Shown here: one piece after another, positions 1-13,997 of the stretch
Layout: each line of letters begins with the position of its first letter
How positions within the stretch are numbered: the stretch's first letter is position 1
Assembly (NCBI GenBank): GCA_964016885.1
Contig: OZ024742.1
Span: 136,772,001 to 136,836,000 of the forward strand
Source of the DNA: Eledone cirrhosa
Lineage: Eukaryota
Direction: 5' to 3'
DNA: 64,000 nt
Notes under the pieces: model-generated
Told to the model about the DNA's origin: nothing
Databases searched by the model: none
The model's input: the letters and a program-made list of their open reading frames with translations, nothing else
Translations under genes and position numbers: made by a program

Positions 1-1399
1 AGTGGTGGGGTCATCACCATTCCATTTCAACCTAACTGAGCCATCTTTTTCAGGTAGAACATAATCAATTTCTTTTTCTAGGGAGAAATTGAGAGAGAGA
101 TAGAGAAATAAAGAAAGAACTATTTTAATGACCTCAGAAGTTTGAAAATTGAAGTTGATCTCAGTAGCATTTGAACACAGAGTGCAGAGTGTGTGAAAGC
201 ATATTGCAAAGCATTCTATCTAACATCTTCCAAAGCTATAAATCCACCATTTGAAAATGCCACGCCTAAGATCTATAGCAACCTAGAGAAAGTGGAAAAA
301 CATTTGACACAATAAGTGACAGGCTAGAAGCCATTATTGTGATTATTTAAGTCACTAAGAAGCACCAACTCCAATGGTTTGATCACACCATTCACCAGAC
401 ACAGACATCTATAGTCTACTGAGTATTTAAAAGAGATTTCCAAAGACAAAAAAAAAAAAAAAAAAAAAAAAAATTACAAAACTGCCAAAAATGTGATAAG
501 ACAATATTCCAAAAGATCTGAAACTGCCATTGTTGATGTGTGAACGACTAGCATAGAATCTGCTCAATTGACGGCAAAGGAGAAATACTTGTGCCCAGTG
601 CAAATCTCCATTACCAGTTCTTTTATTGAATTTAAGTTATCTGTATTGTGCTATGTATGCTGTTTTCATAATTTACCCAGACGCTGGCTGTGGTGAAGAA
701 AAAGTAATAATTAAAGACATTCTCTTGAGAAGTATATTATTGTTTTTTTGTCTTATTAGGCAATATATATCTTGAATTAGATTATTACTCAATGTGTTTC
801 AGAGAATCTGTCTTAATGGCCTACACAGTCTGCTTATATTGTATAAAATAATGATTGAGTTCTGATGTTAGCATAAGGCCAGATGTTTTGGTAGGGAGGA
901 GAGTACATGATTAGTCACCTAAATTATACCTTAGTACTTAAAGGTTACTTAATTTGATAGATGGCAGAAGGATGAAAGGCAAAAGTTACTTATGTAGGAT
1001 TTGAATCCCAGTAAGTAAAAAAGTGGCAGAAATACAGCAAAGCAATTTGTCTGACACCCTAAAGATCCTTCTAAATTATCACCCAGATGTAGAGCTGTCC
1101 ACATATGGGTATGATCTTTTGTAGATGGCCCATGGATGCGAATCAACTTTCTCCACGTCATCAATGTTGTCCAACAGAAAGGAAAGTTCTGATATCATAG
1201 ACGAACTCAGAACGCAAAGGCCCTAAAGCGATACCAGAAGGTATCAAGTCTAATGCTCCAGTAATTATGCTATTCTACTGCCCTGAACAGGAACATTATC
1301 AAGCTTGAATAGATAAAAAGCAAAGGTGATTTCAGCGCTATTTGTATATAGGGCATAATAGAACAAATATAACACTAGCAACTCAGCCAATTCACTAAC

Positions 1400-1990
1400 T
1401 ATAACTGATTTTGTCTCATAAGCTTTTATGTACCACTATGGTCTTTGTGTTTTTATGTTCAGCGCAGTAGTTTATGATAACAGTTGTTTGAGATAAAATC
1501 ACAATTGCATGTGAGATGATTTCATCATGCTGCGCATAGTCAGGTTCATATTGCTTGTGACTCCAACACGGCTATAGCTGTAAATCCTATGCTGAACAGT
1601 AACGCTCTTCTGTTATGATATCATTCCAGGGACCTTTGGAAGTTACCAATAATATCTAATCAGAAAACCCTCCAGAAGAAGCGACTTCGATTGTTATATT
1701 TGATGCTTAGAATCACTATCCAAACTTCATTATCCATATTTTCTAGTATCTCTCTTTAAAATACGGAGGTGGATTTCTCAACGACAATAGGGTCCATCTG
1801 GTAGAGTATATTGAACGACTGACTTTATTCCTAATGTCAGACGCACAACCTCGGTCTGCGTTTCACTCAACACTGCAACTCTTCCAAAGAGACAAGCTTC
1901 AGGAAGACATGTTACACGAAAAATGACCACCTATACCTGTTCATCGTTGATGTTACCTCCAAATCTATAATGATGTGATTGAACATCAGC
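1400..1990 (+). mobile_element. Possible highly decayed piggyBac-like transposase C-terminal fragment
   Basis: Broken translations RKTL..KRL..L (~1660) and ...KRQASGRHVTRKMTTYTC (~1890-1940) resemble the RKT.KW motif and Cys-rich tail of piggyBac transposases; many frameshifts. Confidence 0.2.
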
Positions 1991-3299
1991 AGCAAACAGC
2001 ATCCAAAATCACCTGAAATGGACGCTGACGGTGCGAAAATAGTAATAGCTTCTGATAAGGACACAAAGCAAGAAACTTCAAAGAAGGTTGAAGAGGGGGG
2101 ATTAGTCCATTAAATCGATCTCAGGACTCAACCAGTACTATATTTTATAAATCCTGGAAGGATGAAAGGCAATATTGATTTGGTCGCAATTTAAACATAA
2201 AACATAAAGAATGGGCACGAATGGTGCAAGGCTTTTTTCCGACACTCCACCGATTATGCTTACCCACCACCTTAACAAGAATAATAAATTCGTTTATATA
2301 AAAATGCATCGCTGGTTCGTTTTGCTTTTTGAACCGTCTCCGTTTCTCATTTGAAGAGGGTAATAGCCCTGAAATATCATGTTGAACCCCAGTTTCGTCA
2401 ATCGGGCTACTACGGAAATAACATTCCCTGTTTATATTTATTATCCCACTTGAGTCGTACTGCTTTATATTGACCCATTGCTTGATGACGATGTGTTAGA
2501 TCCGGATCAGGTACTCCAGGCCTGAGGTTCCAGTCCTGTTTACTCCGTTGTCTTTAATACCTAATTGTGACATTTCATTCATATAATGAAGAGTGGTTTT
2601 TGTTGTTGTTTTTTTGTCTTTTATTTTTTTGGAGTGTGGAGTTCCTTCTCACGAGTTTCTTTTCACGTAGTTCCTTCTCACGAGTTGGTCATAAAAAACT
2701 AAAGAGTATTTTTGCCCATGAGACATGACTCCACCAACAGGTATCACATTGGTATCCAAATGATGTCCAAGGGGGTTGGTTTGTAGTGTAGTGTGGTGTT
2801 CTGTGCTGTGGCGTGGTGTAGTGTAGAGTGATGTGGTGTGTTATTCTGTGGTGGAGTGTAGTATGGTGTGATGTGCTCTTGTGTGTTGCAGTGTGCTATA
2901 AACTTTTGGATGGCCATTGGCTTTTATGATTTGACGGGTGTTGTTTTTCCACTTGCAGGTTGTCCAAAATTCTCCCTCCTCACCAAGTAAACTTGGTGTG
3001 GTTGTCAGTTTAATCACTGACGACTAGACCATTTTTGTTAAAAAAAGAAAGATGGCGGACGAAGAACGTTCGTCAGCTGAAAAGAAGAGCCAGCTATCCA
3101 AAAATTGGAACAGTAACATTTTAAAAATAACCGAAAGTAGAAGAGACAACAACAAAACCAACACACCACGGAAAAGTATGGAACTAATTTCCCATTGCTA
3201 AACCTTTCACCATCAAGTGAACAACAAAAAAGAATAATGACAACAAAAAACAACTATAGACAAAGACGAAAACCAAAACGACGATAACAACGACGACAA

Positions 3300-6200
3300 C
3301 CACCACCACTAATCAAAATACAAAAAGCTTGGGCTGACCTATCAACTGAGGTGATGGCAGCGAGAGGGAAAAGACTGTAATATACAAATCCGGGTCTTCA
3401 AACAGAATATGGCCGGAACAAACAGCTGACATACACATGAAAAGTGCATTGAAGGACATAGTACCCGATAAATAACACATAGCTAGAGCTAGGCAGGTTT
3501 GCTGGAAGTTCAGTGTTCTTTAAGAGTGAAGCCTGGCCGTCAAACTCTGTGTGGTACCCTGTCTGAGTGACAAATATGTTCTCTACCCATCCTGTCTAGG
3601 TAAAAGAACTGTAAGATCAGGATTTTCGCGAACCCACCAGAACTGATCATCTGATGGATCCTAACCTGTGTAGTCCTGGAAGAAAGTGGTACACTCGTAA
3701 AAGCGAAAACTGGTCACAGATCAGTGTGGAGGTCCTCCTGCACATCAAATATAGAGAAGGTCCCAGACCTCATTCGCCTTCCCAGAATAGTGGATTTCAA
3801 TGCTGTAGTTGTAGAGGAAAACATTGGTNNNNNNNNNNNNNNNNNNNNNNNNNNNNNNNNNNNNNNNNNNNNNNNNNNNNNNNNNNNNNNNNNNNNNNNN
3901 NNNNNNNNNNNNNNNNNNNNNNNNNNNNNNNNNNNNNNNNNNNNNNNNNNNNNNNNNNNNNNNNNNNNNNNNNNNNNNNNNNNNNNNNNNNNNNNNNNNN
4001 NNNNNNNNNNNNNNNNNNNNNNNNNNNNAGCTGATAGCAGAGGTGTGTGCAAAAGCGTCAAGAACCTGATCAGGCAGTTCCAACTGTCTGACAGGTACCG
4101 GATAGATTTCTCAAATGTGCCAGTATAGACCAAACGGATAGGGTCATTGAAATAGTATTTAGAAAGGGCTTTTATTAGATTAGCAGATAAGGATAGCATA
4201 CTGTGTGCACAATTTCAAGTGGCCGCCTATTCAGACCACCAATTCGTGAGATGAATCATCGACCTATATATAACATGGGGGCAATATCCCGGTTCTTAGA
4301 AACCTAACACGTCATCCCCTGCGTTTAAAGCTTAAAACGACCGAAATAGCACATTGGTTATGCACCAGTTGACCTGTGACGTCTTCAATAACAGGAAACG
4401 AGGCGCTCTCAAGACAGCCATTAGAGTAGAAACAATCGCTTTTAAAAAAGTAGTAGCGATCGGGAAAATAGAACGTGTGGGGAGTTAGTAGTTAACTTAG
4501 GAGAGGCGATTAGGAGTGACATTGCAACCGAAGTGCTAGCTCCGAGAATGACACTGGAACATTTCTTTTTGCGTAACACGTAGGTTGCTCTAAGAAACTT
4601 AGGAATAAAAGCTGTTCGATTGACCCGAGTGGTAGATGCGCAATGTGGCAACAAAGCCACAATCGGGTCTTTGATGAACCTTGACGAGCACCTGCTATTC
4701 GATTCCAGGTAGATTTGGGCGGCTTCTTAGTATCAGTTTGCACGACTATTTGGAGTGAGCAGGTGGTCGGCGGTGGTAGATGACTACAGTTTCTACGAAC
4801 AGCCGATAACAGAAGCTGAGTTACGGGAATCCTAGTCCGCCTGTACGATGCCCAGATCACTCGGTTTGAATCGCCTGCCTTATGAGCTTTGCATAGACAT
4901 ACGACTGACAGCAGAACAGAGGAATTCCCACTTCTGTGAGTCGGGGTGTAGTATCACTATTGAGGACAAATGAGAACAAGAGGAATTTTATGAATTGTTT
5001 CTGGATCATAATTCTGATCAACACAAGATTTTGGCCAAGGGGCTAGCAACGGGGTTGGCGCTTGTCGTCAAGTGTCTGCTGGCAGTGGTGCAAACTTGCG
5101 CAATCCTGACCAGGTCCATACACAACAGCTGCCACCCCATGCGATACATCATAGGGAGAGTAGGGAGCAAATCAGGCTTCGATGGGGCTCTGGTCAATTT
5201 GGATAAATGGAAAGCTTTCGATAGGGGCTGATCCACTGTCATCAACCTCTGCGCTGAGGGATGGGAACGTTGGGGCTTATGATACGGAAGCATGCACGGA
5301 GGCAACGGCAAGTTCAGGTTTTCCTAACCGGCGAACAGGTGTGAGTCAAATTTTCTGCAATTCATCTCTTTACTGACCTGCAGTCGGAAATCAAACAAAA
5401 ACTGGGTGCTTGGCATCTGGAATGTTTTCAGGCGCTCACGACTGTCTACCAGTCGCACAATTTGGTAAGTGGAAATTCCACTCTGGCCTTCTATAGATGA
5501 CGTGTGGAGGGCAAATGCAACGGCGTTCTCTGAGAAAATCAGGGTCTCGATGAGATCAAATTAACGACTCTGTTCCGGAGAACTTTCGCCCGGGAGGATT
5601 TCCAGAAAACCCTAGCTTGACAGTGCTACCGGGTAACACTGCCAGTTCGAGATGAACTTTCTAGGCACAGGTGTATTCTTAGACCGACGTGTCCGAGAAG
5701 CGCACAGAGCGACGAAACCGTTCTGCATGCGCCCGACCAGTGTCCATACATTATTGACTTGGTGAGGTTTGTCGAACGGCTACTAGCACGTTCAGGATGG
5801 AATCAGCTATCGACCGACTCCATCGTGGTTGGGAAGAGCCGGCAGCTTTCATCTGTCTGGTGACTGTAGCGAAAGAGGAAGTGTGGTGGACGCGGCTGAA
5901 AGGACTGAAGACAGACACTTTCCTCTTCGGCCAATCCCTCATCAACCTTTTCAAGTTCTACCTGGAAAGAAAGCTGAGGGTAGAGAGAAAAGTGCTGCCC
6001 CTTAGTTCATTTTTTAGAAGGTGGGTGAATTTTGCGAGAATGGCCCAAGTGGATATGCTTACGCTGTCCATGCGCCTGTAATCTGGGAAGTTTCTAAACG
6101 AGTGGGTCACCTTCCTAGGTGCTCTTGGAAATTAGGGTATTTTAAGATCTGTGGGTTTCTTAAATTACCCCCGTCCGGTGTCGACTTATTGGGGAATTTT

Positions 6201-6325
6201 CATTGTTTAAATTTTTACTTTTTTTTATTACCTCTATTTAATCACTTTGTAAATCCCCTGAGTTCCTGGCTTTCTTAATGCCCTACATATTTCGGCCCTT
6301 GTTGCCGATAAAGAAATTATTAATA
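3300..6325 (+). mobile_element. Old decayed Tx1/L1-clade non-LTR retrotransposon, related to the element at 33.1-38.8 kb
   Basis: Fragments KILAKGLATGLALVV..QTCAILTRSIHNSCHPMRYII..LVNLDKWKAFDR (4995-5231) and AAFICLVTVAKEEVWWTRLKGLKTDTFLFG..RRWVNFARMAQV (5797-6081) align with ORF2 at 35745-38477; ends GATAAAGAAATTATT; interrupted by a gap and an internal deletion. Confidence 0.85.
3829..4028. other. Assembly gap (200 N)
   Basis: Run of N. Confidence 1.
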
Positions 6326-6329
6326 TTAT

Positions 6330-6530
6330 TAGAGCATCGGACAACATGTTACCCGGCATAGAGTTACGTGCCTTTACTTTCTGAGTTCAAATCGCACCAT
6401 AGTTAGCTTTGCCTTTCATTCTTACAGGTCGATAAAATAAAGTACCAGTAACGCACTGGAATCGATTTAATCGACTTTCCCTTCCCCACAAAATTGCTGG
6501 CCCTGTGCCTAAATCAGAAACCATTATTAT
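6330..6530 (+). mobile_element. tRNA-derived SINE (Meta-domain-like family), directly abutting the 3' tail of the old Tx1 copy
   Basis: GAGTTCAAATC B-box-like; CTTTGCCTTTCAT..GTCGATAAAATAAAGTACCAGT core; GCTGGCCCTGTGCCTAAATCAGAAACCATTATT tail. Confidence 0.8.
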
Positions 6531-7149
6531 TTTTATTATTGTTGTTGTTGTAAAAAAACGCGAGCAGATGTGTTTTTACATCGCTCCGCAAATCTTTGGT
6601 TTTTATAATTAACCACAGACAAATGAGAACTTTTTTTAGGGGGGGGGGGGGGGGACTATTTAACAGGGAAATATCGAATGAAACATGTGCTTGTCATATT
6701 CGACATTATTTTACTTCAATATTTTTTATTACATCTAACTTAAAATTATTTTGTCTTTTTGGAGGAAATTACCCCATCAAAGAAAATGATTGTAAATGTA
6801 AATAGAGAGCGAACAAACGAAAAAAAATATATATAATAAATTTAATTACACAATAAAACTCACACATTATACACACAAAAATCAGGTTATTTTAACGGTT
6901 AAAAGCATCGATTGGAATAATTTAAGCTACATGGCTAACAAATAACATTATCAACTAAACTCACATTTTGCCAATCGAAGAAGAAAAAAACATCAATAAA
7001 GGAAAGTGTTTAGTTTGTAGCGACACAAACGAAATTGTAAGCAACGTGAATGAACCTGAGTGATCTAGCAGATATGTGGTGGGAATAAGTAACCGAGTAA
7101 ACGCGTCGTTGCCTAATATCTTTATCCAAAAGCGAGCAAGGAGGAAGGT

Positions 7150-7450
7150 CATAGATAGTTTATTATCTAAAAATTCAGGGACTTCCTTAAACCTGAAAGC
7201 GAAACACATGGATACAAATGGACATTGGAGTAGGGGATGATGGTGTGGTGAGAAATTAGGCCGAGTTAATGTGTCACACAGGTGCCCATATTCGAATACC
7301 ACAATGCATAAAGTGTCTCAACCGGAAGGTCGCGTTAAAGGAAATTGGCGATGGCGTTGGCTGAAAGGTATATGTGCTGGAATGTGGCCTGTATAGACAT
7401 GCATGTATTCATAACGTTGGATGGCTACAGGGATATTCATATATAATATC
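7150..7450 (+). mobile_element. Possible decayed RTE-clade LINE 3' fragment
   Basis: HIRIPQ..QPEGRVKGNWRWRWLKGI resembles the RTE C-terminal RIPK..W.P.G.R.RGRP...W motif. Confidence 0.3.
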
Positions 7451-7769
7451 CTTTTGTCTCTGCTGTAGGAAGAAAAATAAGGGGACTGGTGGTGCAAAAC
7501 ATAAAATTCACCTGCCCCATGTGGGACGGTAATATTCATGTGAGAACATTTTATATGAATGAACTTAAATTAACAGAAAATAAAATAACTGTAAAATCAG
7601 TAACAGTAACAGCATACAACAGAAACTGCTGTTCTCGAACACCCACCGTCTTTGGAATTAGCGGAAGAGAGCATGCGCTTGCCTTTCAATTGAATCGACT
7701 AACCACTCACCAAAATGTGCGGCGTTGTGCTGATGACGACCACGACAACAACAATAATAAAAACAAAAA

Positions 7770-7870
7770 CAGCAGCACCGGAGTTATCTCATTGCCTTTG
7801 AGAGTTGTTAGCAATTGTGATCTGGTTTCCTGCGGAGTTGCAAAAAAGACGTCTAGAGTAACAAAGGCAG
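7770..7870 (-). mobile_element. Fragment of Tx1-family ORF1
   Basis: FVTLDVFFATPQETRSQLLTTLKGNEITPV aligns with YATVDVLFATPQEAKAQSVVTLRSEEMVLV of ORF1 at ~34105-34195. Confidence 0.65.
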
Positions 7871-8288
7871 AAAGAATTCTGTAAACAAGTTCAATTCAAC
7901 AATGGGATTTTCGTTTAAGGAAATGTAAAGAATAAAAAAAGAAAAACAGACCCTTAAATATATTTTCCATGCGATAACATCTGACTGATAAAATGACAAG
8001 TCAGTCAATCATATTGGTGGCCTCCCCACAGCCCCGGCGGACAAAATAGAGAAGACGTCTAATGTCCAAAATATTCTGCCTCAGGCTATATGGGATTTGC
8101 GTCCCCCATCTATAACCCAGGGACTTTCGAACTTGGGACTCGGTACGTGCTCCACTCGGCGTTGCTTTACTCCAATATTATGGTACTTCACTGTACAACG
8201 GAGCACGTTCTCCATCACGTCGAAAGCGGTCTTAGGCTTGCTCTGTGGACCCTCCTTTTCCCCATTAGTTTACTTCGTCTTCATATAG

Positions 8289-8321
<33 letters not shown>

Positions 8322-8361
8322 GGGAAAATTTGAACAGGAACAAAACAGAGAGGCAGTACAA

Positions 8362-8395
<34 letters not shown>

Positions 8396-8492
8396 CGTAA
8401 AACTAATAATATATATCTTCATAGTTCTGTGTCATTTGCCTTGTTATTTCTGGTTTGCCTTTTGCATACACACACACACACAATCACACACA

Positions 8493-8597
<105 letters not shown>

Positions 8598-8599
8598 GA

Positions 8600-9265
8600 A
8601 CATTTAAACAAAGTATTTCTGCTTTTACTATAAACGGGATCTTCTGAAACTGAGAAAAATTAATCTGTAGACACAAAAGCAAATGTTTCAAAAAACGTTA
8701 CGAGGAGAAGAAAACCGGAAGATTTCACGTTGTTTCGTGAAGACACTCTTTACCGAAGAGCGAAATTTATGCAAGGATAATTACGTCATTATGTGGAGTG
8801 AGAAGAACAATTTTTTGCCACGAAAAAAAAAAAAATTTGGTTTGAAAAAATCAGCAGACATATTCTTTTTAGAATAGCCGAATGATTTCCAGCTGCCATC
8901 TAGAGAATATTATGTTGATAAAAGTAAAATGATTAAACAAAAAACTGAATGTATTGATAATAGTAAAAGTAATGATAAGGAGTACATTAATAGTAATGTT
9001 ATTGGATTTAGGCTCGTACCTAAGTACGCGCTGACCGGTGTGAAACCATGAGTAAAAGAGGATATAGTGCATACAAATATTTATACATATACACATGTAC
9101 ATGTGTAAACGCACGTGCGTTTGCATGTGCGCACACACATTTATACATACACATACATGTATTTCCGCATATACTCATTACATTGATACAGATTGATTTT
9201 TCTCAGTTTCAGAAGATCTCGTATAGGGTGAAAGCAGATATTCTTCGCTTAAACTTTAATCAGTA
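8600..9265. repeat. Inverted pair of family-B repeat fragments (8600-8672 minus, 9184-9265 plus)
   Basis: TTTTTCTCAGTTTCAGAAGATC..GAAAGCAGA..TT.GCTTAAA occurs on opposite strands ~500 bp apart; same family as 11891 and 14050. Confidence 0.7.
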
Positions 9266-9418
9266 CTAATAATTGTTTCTACTTTTGGCCCAAGGCCAGC
9301 AATTATTCCAGTGCATTACTGGTACTTTATTTTATCGACTCCATAAGGATGAAAGGCAAAGTTAACCTCGGCGGAATAGAACTAATAATAAATATATACG
9401 CTACGGGTTTATGTATAC

Positions 9419-9475
<57 letters not shown>

Positions 9476-10304
9476 GAAGTTATATTTAATTTGTTGGGAT
9501 ACAACAAGCAAATATTTTTATAACTGATATAAAGCACTCAACAAATTTTTGGAGTAAAAATACAATATATTAATAAATGGAAACTACATTTATAAAACCA
9601 TATTTATTTCATTATACATATTTCACGGACATATATACAATCCTTTTCGAGCCCTCTTCCGACTTTGGTCTTTGTATATATTATTACTTTTATTATTAAA
9701 TGCACTGGGTAATTGCTGGCCTTGTGCCTAAAGTAGAAACAATTATTATCATTGTTATAGAGAGAAGGACACACAGAGATATGTGTTCAATCATAAGGGA
9801 TCAAAAACCACCAGAGTGACTAACATAATAACTACGGAAGGAAAGGTGAATACAAATCAATGAAAAGAATATATTAAAGTATATTAACCATCCGATTATA
9901 ACTATAACATAGAGACATGCTCAAATAAGAGTATGTTTCCCTATAAAGAGTGAAGAATCCATATTGTAGATGTAGCTCATCGGCGAGTGCCTATCAATAC
10001 GATCAGATATATATCAGATAACTAAGAAAACACGCATGGTATACAGGAAAGACATGTGAGTTTTATAGACCATGGTGGTCTAAATAGACCAAAAGACCGC
10101 TAGAAACAGCAGCTCAGAACCATTCAACTTTAAAAGCTCTACTTACATACAGAATATAGATATATGTTCAGTAGAATTTGTTTTGGTAAAACCAGGAGTA
10201 AGCATTCGTAGTTTATAGTTACGGTGGAGATTCAGTATAAGAATAACCTAATGTTATTCTTATCGGATGCGAATCTCCTACTTTCAGCTGCAACTTCGAT
10301 TATA

Positions 10305-10364
<60 letters not shown>

Positions 10365-10367
<3 letters not shown>

Positions 10368-10666
10368 TGACGGACTGGCCAGGTTGCCAGATTGCCCAAT
10401 GGGAAGTAATCCCCTGGGGCCCACTTGCCATTAGGCACCGTAGCATTGCAAGAGCTTACAGTAAAAAATAAATAAAACAATTAAGCAAATCATTTGGTGA
10501 ACCAATTCCCCAGGGAATTACTAGAAACCAAAATATACGATAGTGCAAATAGCTGGAATCAGTGGTTGTACATTCTACTAAATATAAAGCTTATTGTATT
10601 CATTCATGCATGCAAACATACGTATATATAGACAGACACACTAGCATATATATATTTTTATAGATA

Positions 10667-10761
<95 letters not shown>

Positions 10762-11061
10762 GGTGAGTGTGAAAGACCAAAGACCATTATTAAAAGTACC
10801 AGTAATGCACTGGGTTTTTGCTGGCCTTGAGCCAAAAGTAGAAACAATTATTAAAAGTCACTGGATTTCGCAAAATACATATTTTTTTATTGGAGAAGGT
10901 AAGATATTTTTCCGAAAAATTTTGATTGCACTGATTTGTAACCACTTATGTATTTTTTCAAAATGTAATTTATTCATTATAAAATTTAAATGATACCATT
11001 CTATATGTAGGTGGGCCCCTTTCATCTGGCAACCAATATTTTTAGACCCAGTCCACCTCTG
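10365..11061. mobile_element. Probable hAT-like non-autonomous DNA transposon (MITE) with internal microsatellite and SINE-tail insertions
   Basis: Imperfect TIRs CAGTGACGGACTGG (10365) and CCAGTCCACCTCTG (ending 11061; reverse complement CAGAGGTGGACTGG), flanked by TA-rich sequence. Confidence 0.45.
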
Positions 11062-11074
11062 TAAATATATATAT

Positions 11075-11144
<70 letters not shown>

Positions 11145-11388
11145 TAATTGAAGATAACAGAGAGATAAAGACAGACATATACATATATGTGTTCAAATCG
11201 TAAGGGACCAGGTTCGCTAAGGTAAAAAGATACTAACTATGGACAATGAGGTTAGCCAGACTCAATTTAAGAATAAATCCAGAAAATAATACAAACCGGA
11301 ATTGTGGTACCTACTGATCACTCAATATATACCTTTGATATATACGTTTGATATACACCTTTGATATATATATATATATATATATATA

Positions 11389-11668
11389 TACATTATGAAG
11401 AGAGAAGAAACATTTAGATATAATTAGTAATAAAATGTATCATACCTAAACTGCTCCTAAATTCCTCGACTACGTAGTTTCGTGGCATAAACAAAAACAA
11501 TATATCATAAAGATATAGAGTCCTTGCGAGGTCTGCCGACTTATCAAGAGGATACCTCATTTTACTAGTCTCAAGAACGCGTCGTAGTCGAGGAATTTAG
11601 GAGCAGTTTAGGTATGATACATTTTATTACTAATTATATCTAAATGTTTCTTCTCTCTTCATAATGTA
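11389..11668. mobile_element. Fold-back pseudo-LTR-like element (family A): 86-bp perfect inverted arms 11389-11474 / 11583-11668
   Basis: Arms are exact reverse complements; abuts (TA)n; contains a hammerhead motif. Confidence 0.8.
11463..11552 (-). ncRNA. Type I hammerhead ribozyme motif, U3-A8 variant
   Basis: Minus strand: TCCTC-TTGATAA-GT(C)GGCA..TGCCAC-GAAAC-TACGTA-GTC-GAGGA; stem I TCCTC/GAGGA, palindromic stem III ACTACGTAGT, GUC cleavage triplet. Confidence 0.7.
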
Positions 11669-11835
11669 TTTTTAACTCTGATACTGGTTCAGTCTAGTTC
11701 AACTGAATTGGTCTGTCCCAGTCATTCATTGAGCAACATCGGTGAAGTTGGCACCCTTAACTCACAGTTGGGTGCGGATGCATTCATGTATATATGTGTG
11801 TGTCCGCATGTATCTGTGTGTTTCTAAATATATTG

Positions 11836-11890
<55 letters not shown>

Positions 11891-11893
<3 letters not shown>

Positions 11894-12050
11894 TCAGAAG
11901 ATCCCGTTAAGGGTGAAAGCAGCGATTCTTTGCTTAAACTTTAATCTGTTATTTTAATAAATATTTGCTCTATGGGTTTATATATTTATATGTATATATA
12001 TTATCCTTGTCGGGCTCTCTTCAGATTTTAGTCTTCTCATTTATTATTAT
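11891..12050 (+). repeat. Family-B repeat with hammerhead-like motif
   Basis: GTTTCAGAAGATCCCGTTAAGGGTGAAAGCAGCGATTCTTTGCTTAAACTTTAATCTGTT, near identical to 14094-14250; between (TA)n and (CA)n. Confidence 0.75.
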
Positions 12051-12080
12051 TACTTCACACGCACACACACACATACACAC

Positions 12081-12221
<141 letters not shown>

Positions 12222-12543
12222 GAGGTGGAACAGAAATGAAACATGGATTACAGGTTAAAATGTAGTCTAGATAGATGAGAAACAAAACGAGGATGTAGTT
12301 TATGGAACACCCAAATGATTTAGAAGTCGATCTTAAGTAGGAACAATAACATTAAGAAAGACATAAACGACACTTGCTATTTCTGGTGGCAGTACATTGA
12401 CCTTTCCGCCCCTGCCTTCTATCTTTATACACGGCACGAGACAAAATTGTTTCTTCATCATACACTCTCATCCGGGAACAGTTCTGTATGGCGCCAATAC
12501 GTGATTTGAACTCGGGAATTTTATATTCTCCGAGTGAGGAGAA

Positions 12544-12617
12544 CCCTCTGACGAAGGTCTTCTTCTCAATGGATTTCCGCATGGATTATCCATTTATTTT
12601 GAGCCGCGCGGTAAGGG
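12544..12617 (+). ncRNA. Degenerate hammerhead motif (GAAA lost)
   Basis: CCCT-CTGACGA-AGG..GCC-[GAAA missing]-GCGCGGTA-AGGG; stem I CCCT/AGGG. Confidence 0.4.
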
Positions 12618-12685
12618 TAATTATAGCAGGTACAGTGAACTTTTTAAAACTTATTTTGAAACTTTTTCTTATTTGCTAAACCTTG

Positions 12686-12727
<42 letters not shown>

Positions 12728-12729
<2 letters not shown>

Positions 12730-12767
12730 GAGCTGAAGATCCGCGAAGGTGAAACAATTGTTCTCGG
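12728..12767 (+). ncRNA. Canonical minimal type I hammerhead ribozyme
   Basis: CCGAG-CTGAAGA-TCCGCGAAGGT-GAAAC-AATTG-TT-CTCGG: stem I CCGAG/CTCGG, intact CUGANGA and GAAA core, palindromic stem III ACAATTGT, GUU site; lies in a ~140-bp insert between (TA)n tracts. Confidence 0.8.
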
Positions 12768-12935
12768 TATGGTGAACTAACTGTTGTGTAACCACTTCTA
12801 CCTAACTCGTCCCTTGGACTGAGTGCTCTACCACTACGGATATCACCTTCCAGTGTTTCACCACTATATATATATATATATATATATATTATGGAATACT
12901 GTTGGCTTCTTGCTACAATAATTTCTATACTTTTC

Positions 12936-13001
<66 letters not shown>

Positions 13002-13464
13002 GTGTGTGTGTGTCAACGTATCATGTCCTGTTTCCTGTTGTACAAACTTTTTATTGTAATCTGATGACATATTCGCTTTGCTACACTAGATGAAATACAT
13101 TCATATGTATTTATGTTGTGTTGTCATATGTATCATATCTATTTATGTTGTGTTGACATATGTATCCTATGTATTTATATTGTGTTGTCATATGTATCAT
13201 ATGTATTTATGTCGTTAAGCACAAAATTGATTTGAAAAGTGGCTTATTGATGAGGATGATAGGTGATTTTGTTTATTCAACTATATATTTAGTATTTTCT
13301 CGTGTATCCCTTTCTCGCTCTTCCTGTCTCAATCTCTCTTTTCCACTCTCTCTCTATATATACATTAGTACACAAGGTGTGCACAGTAAAAAAAATACAC
13401 ATATATATAGAACAACATCATTTCAATCTTACCAATTCCTCAGAAAATAGATGACAATATTATT

Positions 13465-13645
13465 ATCGGTAGAGGGTTGGACGCTATGCTTTCTAGCATA
13501 GTTACGCTTCTTTACGGTCTGAGTTCAAATCCCGTCGAGGTTAACTTTGCCTTCCATCCTTACGGGGTCGATAAAATAAAGTACCAGTAATGTACTGATG
13601 TCAATTTAATTGCTGGCCCTGTGCCAAAAGTAAAAACAATTATTA
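13465..13645 (+). mobile_element. Meta-like SINE copy
   Basis: High similarity to 24974-25160. Confidence 0.85.
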
Positions 13646-13872
13646 CTGATCGAAACAAGGTTACACTTCATTCACTTGTGTTGGCTCGAATATCACATAT
13701 ATCTATTGCATATGCAACATATAAATATAACCCTATATAAGAATAAATACATACACACATACAAACAGACCCCAAAACACACGCACACACACACACATAT
13801 ATATATGTATGAACGCATTGTTGGAATTTCATATGTATATATATATTACATATATAAATATATATATATATG

Positions 13873-13905
<33 letters not shown>

Positions 13906-13997
13906 ACGAAGGAAATGTGGTAGGGAACCATGTGGACCATAACGCATCAAAGTACTCAATACTTAGGGTAGTAGAGTGGGTATATATATATATATAT

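Noticed and set aside
3654-4199. ORFs spanning X runs
   Set aside because: Open only because of the 200-N gap; the flanks belong to the decayed Tx1 copy
8140-8240. ACGTGCTCC/GGAGCACGT stem followed by GAAAGCGGTC as a hammerhead
   Set aside because: No recognisable CUGANGA-like strand or stem I
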